A stretch of 64,000 bases of DNA from Nostoc sp. (lineage in GTDB: Bacteria; Cyanobacteriota; Cyanobacteriia; Cyanobacteriales; Nostocaceae). Shown piece by piece: positions 33,220 through 44,936 of the stretch. The position numbers and the translations under genes are program-made. Under the pieces are notes generated by a model. The model had not been told where the DNA came from. It did not search any database and worked only from the letters and a program-made list of their open reading frames with translations. The DNA lies in contig JBALDB010000039.1 of NCBI GenBank assembly GCA_036918135.1, forward strand, positions 32,001 to 96,000. The letters run 5' to 3'. Every line of letters begins with the position of its first letter. The first letter of the stretch is position 1.

Positions 33220-33326
33220 GGTCATTTGTCACTTGTACTTTGTCCTTTGTCCTTTGTCATTTGTTCTTTAGTTCTTTGTCGTTTGTTCTTTAACTAATCA
33301 CCAATGACTAATGACCAATGACCAAT
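33220..33326. repeat. STRR heptamer arrays (TTTGTCC/TTTGTCA and inverted ATGACCA/ATGACTA)
   Basis: Visible 7-bp periodicity. Confidence 0.8.
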
Positions 33327-33334
33327 CACTAATA

Positions 33335-34279
33335 CTACTTGCCGCCCATTTGTGCGGCTACTTCTTCAGCAAAGTTACTTTCTTGCTTTTCAATGCCTTC
33401 GCCCAGTACATAGCGAACAAAGCGATTTACTTGGATGTCTTCGCCTACTTGTCCCTTGACTTGCTTCAACAATTCTTCTACAGAAATACTTTGATCCCGA
33501 ATATAAGGTTGATCTAGCAAAGCCATTTCTTTAAGGCGTTTTTCAATCCTTCCCTGGACAATCTTTTCTTTGATGTTATCTGGCTTATTTGCCAAATCAT
33601 CCTTGCCCATTTCAATATCTTTTTCTTTTTGAGCTACTTCAGCAGGAATTTGATCTACGCTGACATACTCGACATTAGGGCAGGCTGCAACTTGCATGGC
33701 TGCGTTCCGCGCCAAGCTCTGGAACTCTTCTTTGGCAGCAGCTGAATCAGTTTGGGAACCCAACTCTACCAATACACCTACTCGACCGCCAGTGTGAATG
33801 TAGCTGTCCACTACACCCGCAGTGCCTTTTGCTATTGTAAAATTGATAAATCGACGCAGTTGGATGTTTTCGCCAAGGGTACCAACAGTTTGCTTAATGA
33901 ATTCATCTACACTCACGCTTCGATCGCCAATGTAGGGTTGAGCTAATAAGGACTCAACACTATCAGCTGTTGTTGCTTGCTTAGCTAGGTTTTTAACCAA
34001 AGCTTTAAAAGCTTCGTTACGAGCAACAAAATCTGTTTGGCAGTTGACTTCTATGAGTACACCCACCTGACCACCGGGTTCAATGTAGGTGTCTACTAGA
34101 CCTTCAGCTGCAATGCGATCGCTTTTTTTACCCCCAGAAGCAATGCCCTTTTTCCGTAGCCAATCTATGGCTTCTTCGAGATTGCCATCAGTTTCTTTTA
34201 GTGCCTTTTTGCAGTCCATGATGCCAGCACCAGTTTTTTGGCGTAGCTCTTGGACGAGTTTTGCAGATATTTCCGCCAT
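33335..34279 (-). CDS. tsf: Elongation factor Ts
   Basis: [26 protein letters not shown]. Confidence 0.98.
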   Translation of the reverse strand: MAEISAKLVQELRQKTGAGIMDCKKALKETDGNLEEAIDWLRKKGIASGGKKSDRIAAEGLVDTYIEPGGQVGVLIEVNCQTDFVARNEAFKALVKNLAKQATTADSVESLLAQPYIGDRSVSVDEFIKQTVGTLGENIQLRRFINFTIAKGTAGVVDSYIHTGGRVGVLVELGSQTDSAAAKEEFQSLARNAAMQVAACPNVEYVSVDQIPAEVAQKEKDIEMGKDDLANKPDNIKEKIVQGRIEKRLKEMALLDQPYIRDQSISVEELLKQVKGQVGEDIQVNRFVRYVLGEGIEKQESNFAEEVAAQMGGK

Positions 34280-34612
34280 GTTCCCTCAATTCCTAACTTG
34301 ACCTCGAGTTGTAATCGCTTATCTAGTTTAGTGCTGAGTCACCGTTCGCTATTAAGTCTCCGTTTGGGAAAGTTCAGATGTCTACTCTTGTCTACAAGAC
34401 GTTAACAGCGAACGACAAGCCGCCCTTTGGGCGTCTACAGCAAAAGCTGCTCTCAACTCCTGGCTGAGTTTTGAGTGCTGAGTTTTAAGTGTTTAATTAT
34501 CAATTTAGAATTGATGACTCACAACTTATAACTTCAAAAATCAAGACTCAGCACTATCCAATTTGCTGAGTATTTCTATCTTACTCAGCACTTTTGCACC
34601 AAGCACCAAGCA

Positions 34613-35410
34613 TTATTCATCATCTTCATCATCATCGGGAATCAGGCTGTCAGTATACTCACCTTCATCGTAGTCTTCGTCATACTCAGCACCTTCGTAA
34701 TCCTCGTAATCCTCTTCAGCTTCGAGTTGACCGTGACGACCTTCATAAATGGCATCTGCCAATTTTCCGACTATCAGCTTAATCGATCTGATAGCATCGT
34801 CATTTGCTGGTATGGGGATATCAACTACATCCGGGTCGCAGTTTGTATCCAGCATGGACACAATAGGAATGTTAAGTTTTTGGCATTCTTGAACAGCGTT
34901 ATATTCCCGTCGTTGGTCTACAATCACCACGATATCGGGGACTTTCCGCATTGTTTTAATGCCACCCAAGTATTTTTGCAGCTTCGTCATTTCCCGACGT
35001 AGCATTGAGGCTTCTTTTTTCGGCAATAAATCCAGCGCGCCGCTTTCTTCCCGGCGTTCCAAATCTTTCAGACGGTCTACCCGTGTTTTGATGGTTGCCC
35101 AGTTGGTCAACATTCCGCCTAACCAGCGCTGGTTAATATAGTGCGAACCGCAACGGCTGGCTTCTTGGGCAATGATTCCAGCGGCTTGCCGCTTGGTGCC
35201 AACGAAAAGAAATTTCTTTCCTTGTTCTGCCTGCGATCGCATATAAGTATAAGCATCTTCCATCAACTGGGCAGTCTGCACCAAGTCGATGATATGTACA
35301 CCATTGCGAGAAGTGTAAATATATGGAGACATTTTTGGGTTCCAACGCCGAGTTTGATGCCCAAAGTGAACCCCTGACTCCATCATTTGAGCCAATGAAA
35401 CAACTGGCAT
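34613..35410 (-). CDS. rpsB: 30S ribosomal protein S2
   Basis: [34 protein letters not shown]. Confidence 0.99.
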   Translation of the reverse strand: MPVVSLAQMMESGVHFGHQTRRWNPKMSPYIYTSRNGVHIIDLVQTAQLMEDAYTYMRSQAEQGKKFLFVGTKRQAAGIIAQEASRCGSHYINQRWLGGMLTNWATIKTRVDRLKDLERREESGALDLLPKKEASMLRREMTKLQKYLGGIKTMRKVPDIVVIVDQRREYNAVQECQKLNIPIVSMLDTNCDPDVVDIPIPANDDAIRSIKLIVGKLADAIYEGRHGQLEAEEDYEDYEGAEYDEDYDEGEYTDSLIPDDDEDDE

Positions 35411-35424
35411 ATATTTTTTGAACT

Positions 35425-35500
35425 CCGATTCGGGTTAAACCTCCACCTAAGCGTATTTCCTCATTGGGAAACACCCGAATTCTTAGATGTGCGAGATTAG
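35425..35500 (-). promoter_or_regulatory. rpsB 5' leader RNA (t44/S2-binding-like)
   Basis: Minus strand CGCACATCTAAG..TTCGGGTG..CTTAGGTGGAGGTTTAACCCGAA: paired CATCTAAG/CTTAGGTG and TTCGGGT/ACCCGAA, as in S2 autoregulatory leaders. Confidence 0.7.
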
Positions 35501-35668
35501 TTAACCATACTAGGTTAGCATATTTGCCAGGGCATTGGCTAAACAGGGAGTGTGGGAGGTCTGGGAGGTGTGGGAGGATGGGAAAGAAATCTTTCCCCCC
35601 TCTCCCCCCACACTCCCCACACTTCCCTATCTCCTTGTCTCCCCATCTCCTCATCTCCCCATGCCCAA

Positions 35669-36724
35669 CTATGCAAACTCAATAGTCTCAACAAACTCTA
35701 AAATATTCTCCTTAATGTATTCGGCTTCTTCTTCAACAGAATCAGGAGTTTCGCCGTTAAAAAAGCTGTGCTGGCTGCTAACTATATACAAAAATTCACC
35801 ACTGATAAACGCGAGCAGCCCTCGATAAGCATCTAATCTAACAGGAGTTCCATTATTTTCTTGCTTAGAAATCGTTGAACCTTTAGGCATATCAACTAAT
35901 ACGTAGTAAGCACCTTGGAGAATGTCCTCAAAATAATCAGTATATTCTATAGTAGCATCTGGTACATTTGCCAAAATTGCTTGGGGCACGTACTTGTCTA
36001 CTAAGATTGCTCGTAGATATTTTTGTTGTCCAGCAGACTCCATTTCCTCTAGCTGTTCTAGGGAGAAAGGATAATAATCGATTCTCAGTAAAGTACCAAT
36101 GTCATCAGAAAAGCCAACTACTCCTTCCTGACTTTGAATTTTACCGCCGTTTTCGGGGTCAACTGGAATTGGTACTGTAAAATTACCTAAGGGGGATTCA
36201 TAAGTCTGTTGACTATATTCTTCTATAACTACTGTTTCATCTTCGTCATCTTCATCTGCATATTCTTCCTCTTCTGCTTCTTCAAAAGCTGCAATTACTT
36301 CCTTAATGATTTCTTCTGCTTCTTCATCTTCAAGTTCCAAGGCTGTTTGTAGCTTTTTGAGGTAGGCTCGTTTCTGTTTGGCAATGGCAAGTTGATCGTC
36401 TAAAAGCACTATTACACCTGCGGCAAAACCATCCAATACTAATTCATCCGAAAGAGAAATTTTGGCAGTATTAAATAAGGAAGCGAGTCCTTCGTCTTCT
36501 GCAATACCTATGAGTCGATCGACGATTCCGACAATTTCATCTTCTGAGTATTCCTCAAAGACCTCGAATTCCCAAAGGATTCCTGCTAAACTTTCTGCAT
36601 CTACATCTTCTATGGATAAATCAGCGATCGCTGTAACAGTTGCGATCGCAGCCACAGCTTCCTCTGGACTTAATGATTCCTCTGATGCCTCTGATGAGTT
36701 AAAAATCTTGTCATATTTGCTCAT
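35669..36724 (-). CDS. Highly acidic hypothetical protein, N-terminal TerB-like helical domain
   Basis: SPEEAVAAIA..AD N-terminus, very Glu/Asp-rich. Confidence 0.7.
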   Translation of the reverse strand: MSKYDKIFNSSEASEESLSPEEAVAAIATVTAIADLSIEDVDAESLAGILWEFEVFEEYSEDEIVGIVDRLIGIAEDEGLASLFNTAKISLSDELVLDGFAAGVIVLLDDQLAIAKQKRAYLKKLQTALELEDEEAEEIIKEVIAAFEEAEEEEYADEDDEDETVVIEEYSQQTYESPLGNFTVPIPVDPENGGKIQSQEGVVGFSDDIGTLLRIDYYPFSLEQLEEMESAGQQKYLRAILVDKYVPQAILANVPDATIEYTDYFEDILQGAYYVLVDMPKGSTISKQENNGTPVRLDAYRGLLAFISGEFLYIVSSQHSFFNGETPDSVEEEAEYIKENILEFVETIEFA

Positions 36725-37341
36725 AATTGTTACCAGCAGCGATTGCTTTTTAGTAATAACAGTTTGAAAGTGGCAATGGTCAGTTTAGCAATGGAGTAAA
36801 TCTCCAATAGAGAAACTTTAGTAACATGTGGATTACACAGATTGAATTTGAGATTTGAGATTAAAAGTCTTTACACAATATAGTGTTCGCTATAATTTAA
36901 ATAACACTATATTTTGTAGTACTTAATGTTTGGTTGTGCTAATCAAGGCTTGTTCTAATCTAGCTGCACAAATTCTTGACTTTCCCTTTCCTGATTAGTG
37001 ACATACACAAAGCAATGGTTATGTTTTCGTAATAACTCGTATTTAACAAATAAACTAAGTGTTTTTAATAACATTAAAAATAGTATTACTAACGTAGATT
37101 TAAATAAAAATTAATAGTAAAATTTTTTACGATTCAGCAATGACCGTTAAAAACTGCTATATTCCTTTGTTTTTATCCTCTAACAGATGAATTATATCTA
37201 CCGATAGAATTATAAACTAGCTAGCGATAGATACCTACATCGCGAGCAGGATGTCAAAATACCGAAGTTTGTAATTACACAAAATATTTAAAATACTTAT
37301 TGGGTATACAAACGTAAATTCAGTGGAATTTTGAGTTTTTT

Positions 37342-39270
37342 ATGGTAAAAACCCCTCCATCCCAATTTTCGCCAGATCAATATAAAGTAGATCCTGCAAA
37401 GGAAAACGTAGAAGCTCTTATACAAGAACCGCAGTTAGATATTGAAATTGCTCTAGAGTTCCTTTACACCAGAGATATTGAATTTCGTCAAGAAACAATT
37501 TATTTTCTCGTAGTCGATCGCTTTTATGATGGGGATCGAGATAATAGCGAAGGTGCAAACTCAGAACTGTACGATCCAGATAAGCAAGATTGGGGTAAGT
37601 ACTGGGGTGGCGATTTGCAAGGTGTGATCGATAAATTAGATTATCTCAAAAACATGGGAGTGACGGCCCTTTGGTTGACTCCGCTATTTGAGCAGGTGGA
37701 AGAGTTATTTGTTGGGAATGCAGCAATACATGGCTATTGGACAAAAGACTTTAAGCGACTCAATCCTCGTTACATTGCTAACAAAGAGAACCCTTCTTTA
37801 AACGCTACTCAAGAAGAAAAAAATACGACCTTCGATCGCTTAATTGCAGAAATGCATCAGCGCAATATGAAGCTAGTGCTAGATATTGTCTGCAACCATA
37901 GCACACCTGATACTAGCGGTAGTAAAGGTGAATTATATGATGATGGGGTCAAAATTGCTGACTTCAATGATGATGCCAATCATTGGTATCACCACTATGG
38001 CGAAGTGCAAAACTGGGAAGACGAATGGCAAGTGCAGAACTGTGAATTATCCGGTCTAGCAACCTTCAATGAAAATAATACTGAATATCGAGAGTATATC
38101 AAGTCAGCAATTAAACAATGGCTAGACCGAGGTGTAGATGCATTGCGGGTGGATACAGTCAAGCACATGCCTATCTGGTTTTGGCAAGAATTCACTGGCG
38201 ATATGAGCAATCACAAACCAGATGTGTTTATTTTTGGTGAATGGATTTACAGTAATCCTACTGACGAGCGCTCGGTGGAATTTACTAACCACTCAGGCAT
38301 GACACTTCTAGACTTTGGGTTGTGTGTGGCAATTCGAGCAGCACTAGCGCAAGGTTCAGAAATGGGATTCCAAACAATTCAATACATTTTTGACCAGGAT
38401 TATCGCTACAAGGGGGCGACAGAGCTAGTCACCTTTATTGATAACCACGATATGTCCCGCTTCCAATCGTTGAACCCCGACCCAGCAATGCTGAAGGTGG
38501 CGATCGCCTTAATTATGACTTGTCGCGGTATTCCCTGCATATATTACGGCACAGAACAGTATTTGCATGATGACACCGATGGCGGTAACGATCCATATAA
38601 TCGCCCAATGATGGAAAATTGGGATACTAATAGTGAAATTTATCGTTGCATCAGGCTGTTATCTGGCTTACGACGACTCAATCCAGCCGTGTCAATGGGT
38701 AGCCACTGGCAAAAATACTTAACACCTGATATTTACTGCTATGTACGCCGTTATCGTGACTCTGTGTGTTTTGTAGCTTTAAATCGGGGAGGAGAAGTCA
38801 CCTTACCAGAAGTAGAAACAGAATTGCCCGATGGAGAACACACTTGTATAGTGACTCGCAATAAGTATGAAGTCAAAGATGGAAAAATTTATAATTGGCA
38901 ACTCGAAGAACGGGGAGTAATTGTTTTGAGCCACGTCGGAGAGCGGATTAAAGCTCAGACTATAGTGCGGGTACAACTCAACGGCGTGCAGACCCAACCA
39001 GGTGAAATTATTGTTGTGACTGGAGACTGCCCAGAGTTAGGCAACTGGGATATCAGCAAAGCCTATCCCCTAGAGTACATTAACACTAATACTTGGTTTG
39101 CAGAAATTCCCTTTAATGAGAGTGCCGGAAATCTCATATCTTACAAATATGCCATGTGGCGGCAAGGGCGGTCGCCTCTGCGGGAAAATCTCGTTAACCG
39201 CCGCTGGGTGATTGCCAAAGAAGGTACTGTCAAATGGCGTGATACCTGGGCCTCTGGACCAGAATCGTAG
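37342..39270 (+). CDS. GH13 cyclomaltodextrin glucanotransferase/alpha-amylase with CBM20
   Basis: DRFYDGD, HGYW, RVDTVKH, FGEW, FIDNHD; C-terminal GDCPELGNW starch-binding domain. Confidence 0.92.
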   Translation: MVKTPPSQFSPDQYKVDPAKENVEALIQEPQLDIEIALEFLYTRDIEFRQETIYFLVVDRFYDGDRDNSEGANSELYDPDKQDWGKYWGGDLQGVIDKLDYLKNMGVTALWLTPLFEQVEELFVGNAAIHGYWTKDFKRLNPRYIANKENPSLNATQEEKNTTFDRLIAEMHQRNMKLVLDIVCNHSTPDTSGSKGELYDDGVKIADFNDDANHWYHHYGEVQNWEDEWQVQNCELSGLATFNENNTEYREYIKSAIKQWLDRGVDALRVDTVKHMPIWFWQEFTGDMSNHKPDVFIFGEWIYSNPTDERSVEFTNHSGMTLLDFGLCVAIRAALAQGSEMGFQTIQYIFDQDYRYKGATELVTFIDNHDMSRFQSLNPDPAMLKVAIALIMTCRGIPCIYYGTEQYLHDDTDGGNDPYNRPMMENWDTNSEIYRCIRLLSGLRRLNPAVSMGSHWQKYLTPDIYCYVRRYRDSVCFVALNRGGEVTLPEVETELPDGEHTCIVTRNKYEVKDGKIYNWQLEERGVIVLSHVGERIKAQTIVRVQLNGVQTQPGEIIVVTGDCPELGNWDISKAYPLEYINTNTWFAEIPFNESAGNLISYKYAMWRQGRSPLRENLVNRRWVIAKEGTVKWRDTWASGPES

Positions 39271-39710
39271 AATTGGGGCTTGGGGCAAATAGGGAGTGTG
39301 GGAGGTGTGGGAGGATGGGGAAGAAATGCAGGTGTGGGAAGATGGGGAAGATGGGGAAGAAATCTTTTCCCCCACACTTCCCACACTTCCCACACCTCCT
39401 CTTTCTCCCACACTCCCCACTTACAAGTTGAATTAGGTTTATAGCAGGGAGTTTATCAGAATGTGGAATTACACTGGCTGCGTTGGCGGGATTTACAAGG
39501 TAACTTGCTGCTAACTGGCTCCCAAAGAGCAGAACCCCTAACCGTTCAATTGCGTAGACGTGGAGCGGCTTGTCGTTAGACATCGCTCGGTCTTGAACCA
39601 GAAGCTTAATATTTTGCTATCAATTATTAATTGAATATGACTGGTGTAAAATTATCATCTGTGGCTTAATTTCTTTAGACACAGATTTTACTGCTAACAG
39701 GGTAATCACG

Positions 39711-40868
39711 ATGACAAATAAACCTCCTTCCGAACCTGAGTCATCTCAAAGAACTGCCCTTGGCTTTGATGAATTTATAGCCATTCTGGTTGCTTTCACT
39801 ACTATCGGAGCAATTCTTTTTTGGTCATTGTCTCGCAGAGATTCTAGCTGGAATTTCAACACTTTGCTGCCACCTGCCTCCACCCCGTTTGGTAGGGTTG
39901 AACCAAATCAAGTATTGCCCTCCCCTACTTCCAAAGTAGAACCAAATACAGCCTCCGAATTTAACTCGTCTCCTCCTGCAACTGTTGAACCTAAGACACC
40001 TTCCCTGACTAATAGCGCAACTCCTTCGCCTGAAGTATTACCACCTGCTGAGGTAACCCCGACTCAATCCCCACAACCACAGACCTCTGTACCCTCTTCA
40101 GTAGACCTTGAGTCATCAATTACATCATCGGCGTTGCCTTTAGTAACTCCAGCAAAACAAAAATCGATTATTCCGCCGCCAATTGCATTTAACGATGTGC
40201 CTAATAACTTCTGGAGTCGGCGTTTTATAGATGCTCTTTCTTCGCGTGGTATTCTTAAGGGGTTTCCTGACTATTCTTTTAGGCCAAATCAGCCTGTAAA
40301 CCGTGCTGAATTTGCTGCCATACTGGAAAAAGCTTTTGACCAAGAACTATCTAAAAGTACGATCGCATTTCAAGATGTACCAGTAAAATTCTGGGCAAAT
40401 CCAGCAATTAACCAAGCCATCAGTAGTGGATTTCTCAAAGGTTATCCAAAAAACACCTTCAAGCCACAACAAAATATTTCGAGAGTCCAAGTTTTAGTAG
40501 CTCTTGTTAGTGGATTGAATTTGAAAACACCTACTTCGCCAAATCAGATTTTAAGTATTTATAGAGATGCAAAAGAGATTCCGCCGTATGCTAACAGCAA
40601 AATAGCTGCTGCTACAGCTAATGGACTTGTAGTTAACTATCCAAACCCACAAGTCCTTGCTCCTAACAAAGTAGCGACTCGCGCTGAAGTGGCGGCGATG
40701 ATTCATCAAGCTTTAGTCAAACAAGGCAAGTTGAAAGGAATTTCATCTGAAAACATTGTACGTAGGCATAGCCAGCCGCAGGCATCGCCAAACATATCTT
40801 CAGAACCTTCGTACACTCCAAAACAGAACCCAAAGGTTAACTTATCAGCAGGCGGATCATCTCAATAA
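39711..40868 (+). CDS. Membrane-anchored S-layer homology (SLH) domain protein
   Basis: N-terminal TM, Pro/Ser linker, three SLH repeats (GFPDYSFRPNQPVNRAEFA, GYPKNTFKP, ATRAEVAAM). Confidence 0.9.
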   Translation: MTNKPPSEPESSQRTALGFDEFIAILVAFTTIGAILFWSLSRRDSSWNFNTLLPPASTPFGRVEPNQVLPSPTSKVEPNTASEFNSSPPATVEPKTPSLTNSATPSPEVLPPAEVTPTQSPQPQTSVPSSVDLESSITSSALPLVTPAKQKSIIPPPIAFNDVPNNFWSRRFIDALSSRGILKGFPDYSFRPNQPVNRAEFAAILEKAFDQELSKSTIAFQDVPVKFWANPAINQAISSGFLKGYPKNTFKPQQNISRVQVLVALVSGLNLKTPTSPNQILSIYRDAKEIPPYANSKIAAATANGLVVNYPNPQVLAPNKVATRAEVAAMIHQALVKQGKLKGISSENIVRRHSQPQASPNISSEPSYTPKQNPKVNLSAGGSSQ

Positions 40869-41003
40869 ACTACCATTTTGAATTTTAGATATATTTACAC
40901 ATATGTAATGCGTGTTCACCATACTTTTTGCCATTCTTGCGGATATGAGTTGATGCACACTTTGGACATTGCATAGCGCATCGCTCAAATTCATACTTCA
41001 ATT

Positions 41004-41300
41004 ATGCAACGCCAAAAAGTTGCTAACCAGCTTCAAATCAGCGAGTGGACTGTTTCTGCTCACCTGCGCCGGATTTTTATTAAGCTGAAAGTAGATAGTC
41101 GCTCGGCTATGGTCTACCGTTGTGCTTCACTGATTAATCGTTTACACGAGTTACGCACAATACAAGGTCAAATGTCCTCAACTAGCCAACCTGAAGACGT
41201 TGATAAATCAACCACCAACGAACAAACTCTTGAGTATGAGATGGCAGAAATCCATCGCTTACTTTCCTTTGTTACAACTTCAAGCTTAACGTCCCAATAA
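41004..41300 (+). pseudogene. 5'-truncated LuxR-type HTH regulator
   Basis: KVANQLQISEWTVSAHLRRIFIKLKVDSR is the second half of a LuxR HTH; the LTxRE first helix is absent. Confidence 0.65.
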
Positions 41301-41509
41301 AGTAGGAAATGAGTTTTTTACATACGTTCCAGTCGCGCCTTTGACCTCACTACAATACCTCATGCGACCATTGTTCCGAATTTGGACGAGAATTATGTCT
41401 CAAATCTACCTGTGGGTACTTTGATTTTTTCTTTTACCTCAAAGTATAGATTTATAATCAAAATTTGAGTTAGTAAATAAGAGGAATCTCTAAACAACAA
41501 AAACTACTA

Positions 41510-42139
41510 ATGTCTGAAGATAAACTAAATTCAAAAGATTCACCGCAAGTATCGTATGAAACACATCACCAAACTATCTTGCCTACAGCCCCATTACCGG
41601 AACCGATTAGTCAAAATATCGAAACAATCATAGCCTTACATAAACGCTCCGAGAAGGACGTACCTAAACATCAGCGGCTTGTAGAGACAGGAACTGCCTT
41701 TTTTGGTCGTCCGATATTCCTTTATAGCATCCTACTCTTCCTAGTGTTGTGGATAATACCCAATGTTTTACCGCGACGTTTCGGCTTACTAAGATTTGAC
41801 CCACCGCCATTTTCTTGGCTACAATTTTCACTAACTACTGCTTCATTGTTGGTAACAACTGGGGTGTTGATTAAACAAGAGCGACAAGAAAAGTTAGCAG
41901 AGCAACGGGCCCAACTTAGCCTTCAACTCAACCTGCTCTCAGAGCAGAAAATTGCTAAACTCATCGCTTTAGTTGAAGAATTGCGCCGGGATATTCCCAA
42001 TGTCAAAAATCGCTATGACCCGGAAGCTGAAATGATGAAGTCCCCTACTGATGCACACGCAATTTTAGATGTACTAGAAGAGACTTTAGCATCAGAGTTA
42101 GCAAATTTCTCTCAGCAAGAAACATCAATCCAAGAATAA
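41510..42139 (+). CDS. DUF1003 membrane protein
   Basis: FDPPPFSWL, VLIKQERQ, LNLLSEQK. Confidence 0.85.
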   Translation: MSEDKLNSKDSPQVSYETHHQTILPTAPLPEPISQNIETIIALHKRSEKDVPKHQRLVETGTAFFGRPIFLYSILLFLVLWIIPNVLPRRFGLLRFDPPPFSWLQFSLTTASLLVTTGVLIKQERQEKLAEQRAQLSLQLNLLSEQKIAKLIALVEELRRDIPNVKNRYDPEAEMMKSPTDAHAILDVLEETLASELANFSQQETSIQE

Positions 42140-42250
42140 TATCGTGTCCGGTTAAAGACTTATGATTTAAATCTCAGGAGGACAGGGAGAAAGAGGCTTT
42201 TCCGATTTTTACGCAGATGTGGTAATCATAAGTGATTAACCGTATTTAAT
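42139..42250. mobile_element. Small MITE-like element
   Basis: Terminal inverted repeats CGGTTAAAGACTTATGATT (42149-42167) / AATCATAAGTGATTAACCG (42224-42242), non-coding core. Confidence 0.6.
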
Positions 42251-42362
42251 CAAATATATTAGTAATTTTTATCACTAATATATTATCTTTATTCACCCTA
42301 CCTTGCTTACTCGTTTTCCCCTAGAGCCTCTTCTCCATGCCCTATAATTTGTATAAAATTAT

Positions 42363-44195
42363 CTACTCAATTTTAAAGTTGAAAGGCAAGCGAGCATAAA
42401 TTCCCTGTGGATCGTTCATTTTTTGCAGAATAACGATTTCTTGTTGGAGTTTTTGGAATTGGGCTGTGAGGGGGTTAGAAGGTTTGAGTTGGGTTTGCTC
42501 AATTCCTAAAGTAGTTTGTACCTCTTGGGTTGCTCGCCCAAAAAAGCGTTCTCCAAAGCTGCTAAAACGGGGATATTCTTGTAATTCCCAATCTTCTCCT
42601 AATTTTGCTTCGTTGGCAGCATAGGCGATCGCAGCCTTTAAACCACCAATTTCATCCACTAAACCAATTTCCTTGGCTGCTACACCCGACCAAACCCGTC
42701 CTTGGGCGATTTCTGCTACTCTTTGTTCTGAGAGTTTGCGACCTTGAGAAACTTTATTGAGAAACATATCATAAATCCGATTAACGCTGCGCTGGTAAAG
42801 CGCCAACTCTTGGGGCGATTTCGGGCGAGAAACTGTTTGAGAATCAGCATAGCGCCCGGTTTTCACTGAATCCCAGGTGATGCCATTATCTTTTGCTAGC
42901 TTTTCCCCATTAAATAGGACGCCAAACACCCCAATTGAACCTGTGATTGTATTTGGTTCGGCAAAAATCCGGTTAGAGTCGCTAGCAATCCAGTAACCAC
43001 CAGAGGCAGCAGTATCGCCCATTGATACTACAACTGGTTTCTGTTGGCGAGTTAATTTCACTTCTCGCTGCATGACTTCGGCTGCCGTGGCACTACCACC
43101 AGGGCTATTAATTCGCAGCACAACTGCCTTGACATCTTTATCTTGTCGCAGTCTGTTAAAGATTTTCGCAAAGCGATCGCCTCCTATTTCTCCGTCTTCA
43201 CCTCTACCATCGACAATCTCACCTTCAGCATAAACAACGGCAATTTTATTTCTTGAGTCGCGTTCTACACCCAAAGATTTACCAGAAATTTGTGCGTAAT
43301 CATTCAGGTCAATTTGGCGGAATGTTTTGTCTTTATCGCTATCTGTGAGCTTTTTCAGGTCACTCACCACTTCATCGGGGTATGCTACTCGGTCTACCAA
43401 ACCGCTAGTTTTTGCTTGTGTTGCTTCTAACAACGCCTGATTATCTGCGATCGCCTGTAACTGTTGTGGTTGAATTTTCCGACTTGTTCCCACAGCATTG
43501 CGCCACTCTCCCCAAACATCATCCAATAATTTCTGAGTTTGTTCGCGGTTTTCTGGACTCAACTTTGTCAGAATTAATGGTTCAACAGCTCCCTTAAATT
43601 TCCCTACCCGTACAACTTGAACCCCAATACCATACTTCTGCAATGCTCCGCTTAAGAACATCAGTTGTGAACTCAAACCGTTGACTTCCATCAATCCCAA
43701 GGGGTTAAGGATAATGGAATTTGCCGCTGAACTCAGATAATATTCCTTTTTACTCCAATTACTACCATAAGCAATAACCTCTTTCCCGCCAGCGCGGAAT
43801 TCCTCTAAGGCTTTGCGGATTTCTTTAAGAGAGGCATAGCCGACATCACTACCTTCCCTTGTGCGGCTTCCATCAAGATAGATACCCACAATTCGCGGAT
43901 CGCGCCGTGCCTTTTCTAAAGTTTCTACAACTTTGCGGAGTGTCATTCTTTGGTCATCTACACCTGAGAGTGCGCTTTGAAAGAATCCACTGGAATAAGG
44001 TTCGCCGTCAGTAATTTTCATCGACAAATCAAAAACTAGCACTGACTTATCTTTCACTTCTGGCCCAGTCTCTTTAGAGGAGGTAGCAGCCAACAGTAGT
44101 AAAAACAGCCCAGTAGTTCCCAGACCGCAGAAAATAATTAGTCCTAGTAAGCTGCCAACTAAACTGGCAAAAGTTTGTTTAATAAAATTATTCAT
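42363..44195 (-). CDS. sppA: Signal peptide peptidase SppA, 67-kDa type
   Basis: RINSPGGS, AASGGYW, TGSIGV, GLVDEIGG. Confidence 0.96.
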   Translation of the reverse strand: MNNFIKQTFASLVGSLLGLIIFCGLGTTGLFLLLLAATSSKETGPEVKDKSVLVFDLSMKITDGEPYSSGFFQSALSGVDDQRMTLRKVVETLEKARRDPRIVGIYLDGSRTREGSDVGYASLKEIRKALEEFRAGGKEVIAYGSNWSKKEYYLSSAANSIILNPLGLMEVNGLSSQLMFLSGALQKYGIGVQVVRVGKFKGAVEPLILTKLSPENREQTQKLLDDVWGEWRNAVGTSRKIQPQQLQAIADNQALLEATQAKTSGLVDRVAYPDEVVSDLKKLTDSDKDKTFRQIDLNDYAQISGKSLGVERDSRNKIAVVYAEGEIVDGRGEDGEIGGDRFAKIFNRLRQDKDVKAVVLRINSPGGSATAAEVMQREVKLTRQQKPVVVSMGDTAASGGYWIASDSNRIFAEPNTITGSIGVFGVLFNGEKLAKDNGITWDSVKTGRYADSQTVSRPKSPQELALYQRSVNRIYDMFLNKVSQGRKLSEQRVAEIAQGRVWSGVAAKEIGLVDEIGGLKAAIAYAANEAKLGEDWELQEYPRFSSFGERFFGRATQEVQTTLGIEQTQLKPSNPLTAQFQKLQQEIVILQKMNDPQGIYARLPFNFKIE

Positions 44196-44936
44196 ATCTT
44201 GTAAATCTACTTTCTCACTGGTTTGTTCATTTTCTTATAAGTAACATTTAACTACCAGCTTGTCTTGTCCTGCGAGCAAAAATCAGCACATTCGGTATTC
44301 ACTAGGTAGTAGTAGCAGTAGTAACGCATAAGTGTTAAAACTTCATCCCCAATCCATAAGGCAACCTTGTCGAGTCTAATACCACTGCCGATAGCCCATA
44401 CGCGCGCTAATCCACCTGCAAATATTACTATTCAATAGGATTTAAGCAGTAAATCTCGAAGTTGGTCAAGCGATAGTGCGATCGCACTTTATATTTTTAG
44501 GCATTATAAAATAGTGTTTACTGAGTACAGCTATCTTTAAGGGATTCGTTTCACCCATGAATCAAGACATTTTTAACCAATATTCATCAAAGAATTGGAC
44601 AGGAATTTATATTATATTCTGAATTATAATTGATAAAATTTAATAATTAAATAATATTTTATTGGGAAATTTATTCTTCAAACTAAAAATAATCGGCTCA
44701 AAAAAACCTATTTAATGTATCAATCTTAATCATAATTTAGGAATAAAATGTCTGAATATCTAATCGTTAAGCAGCTAACTCCAGAGCAACTAAATAAATC
44801 GATTAAATATTTTCATACTGATGAATTTATGGTATTTCACAATATGTTGATACTCGAACACTGGAGCTATTAAGAAATGATTTAGATGAAACTCTCAACC
44901 CCTGCTCCCTCATCTCACTCTCTACTCCCTTAATTA

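Noticed and set aside
44250..44430. Minus-strand fragment VIFAGGLARVWAIG..
   Set aside because: No clear start and no family I can support; at most a gene relic
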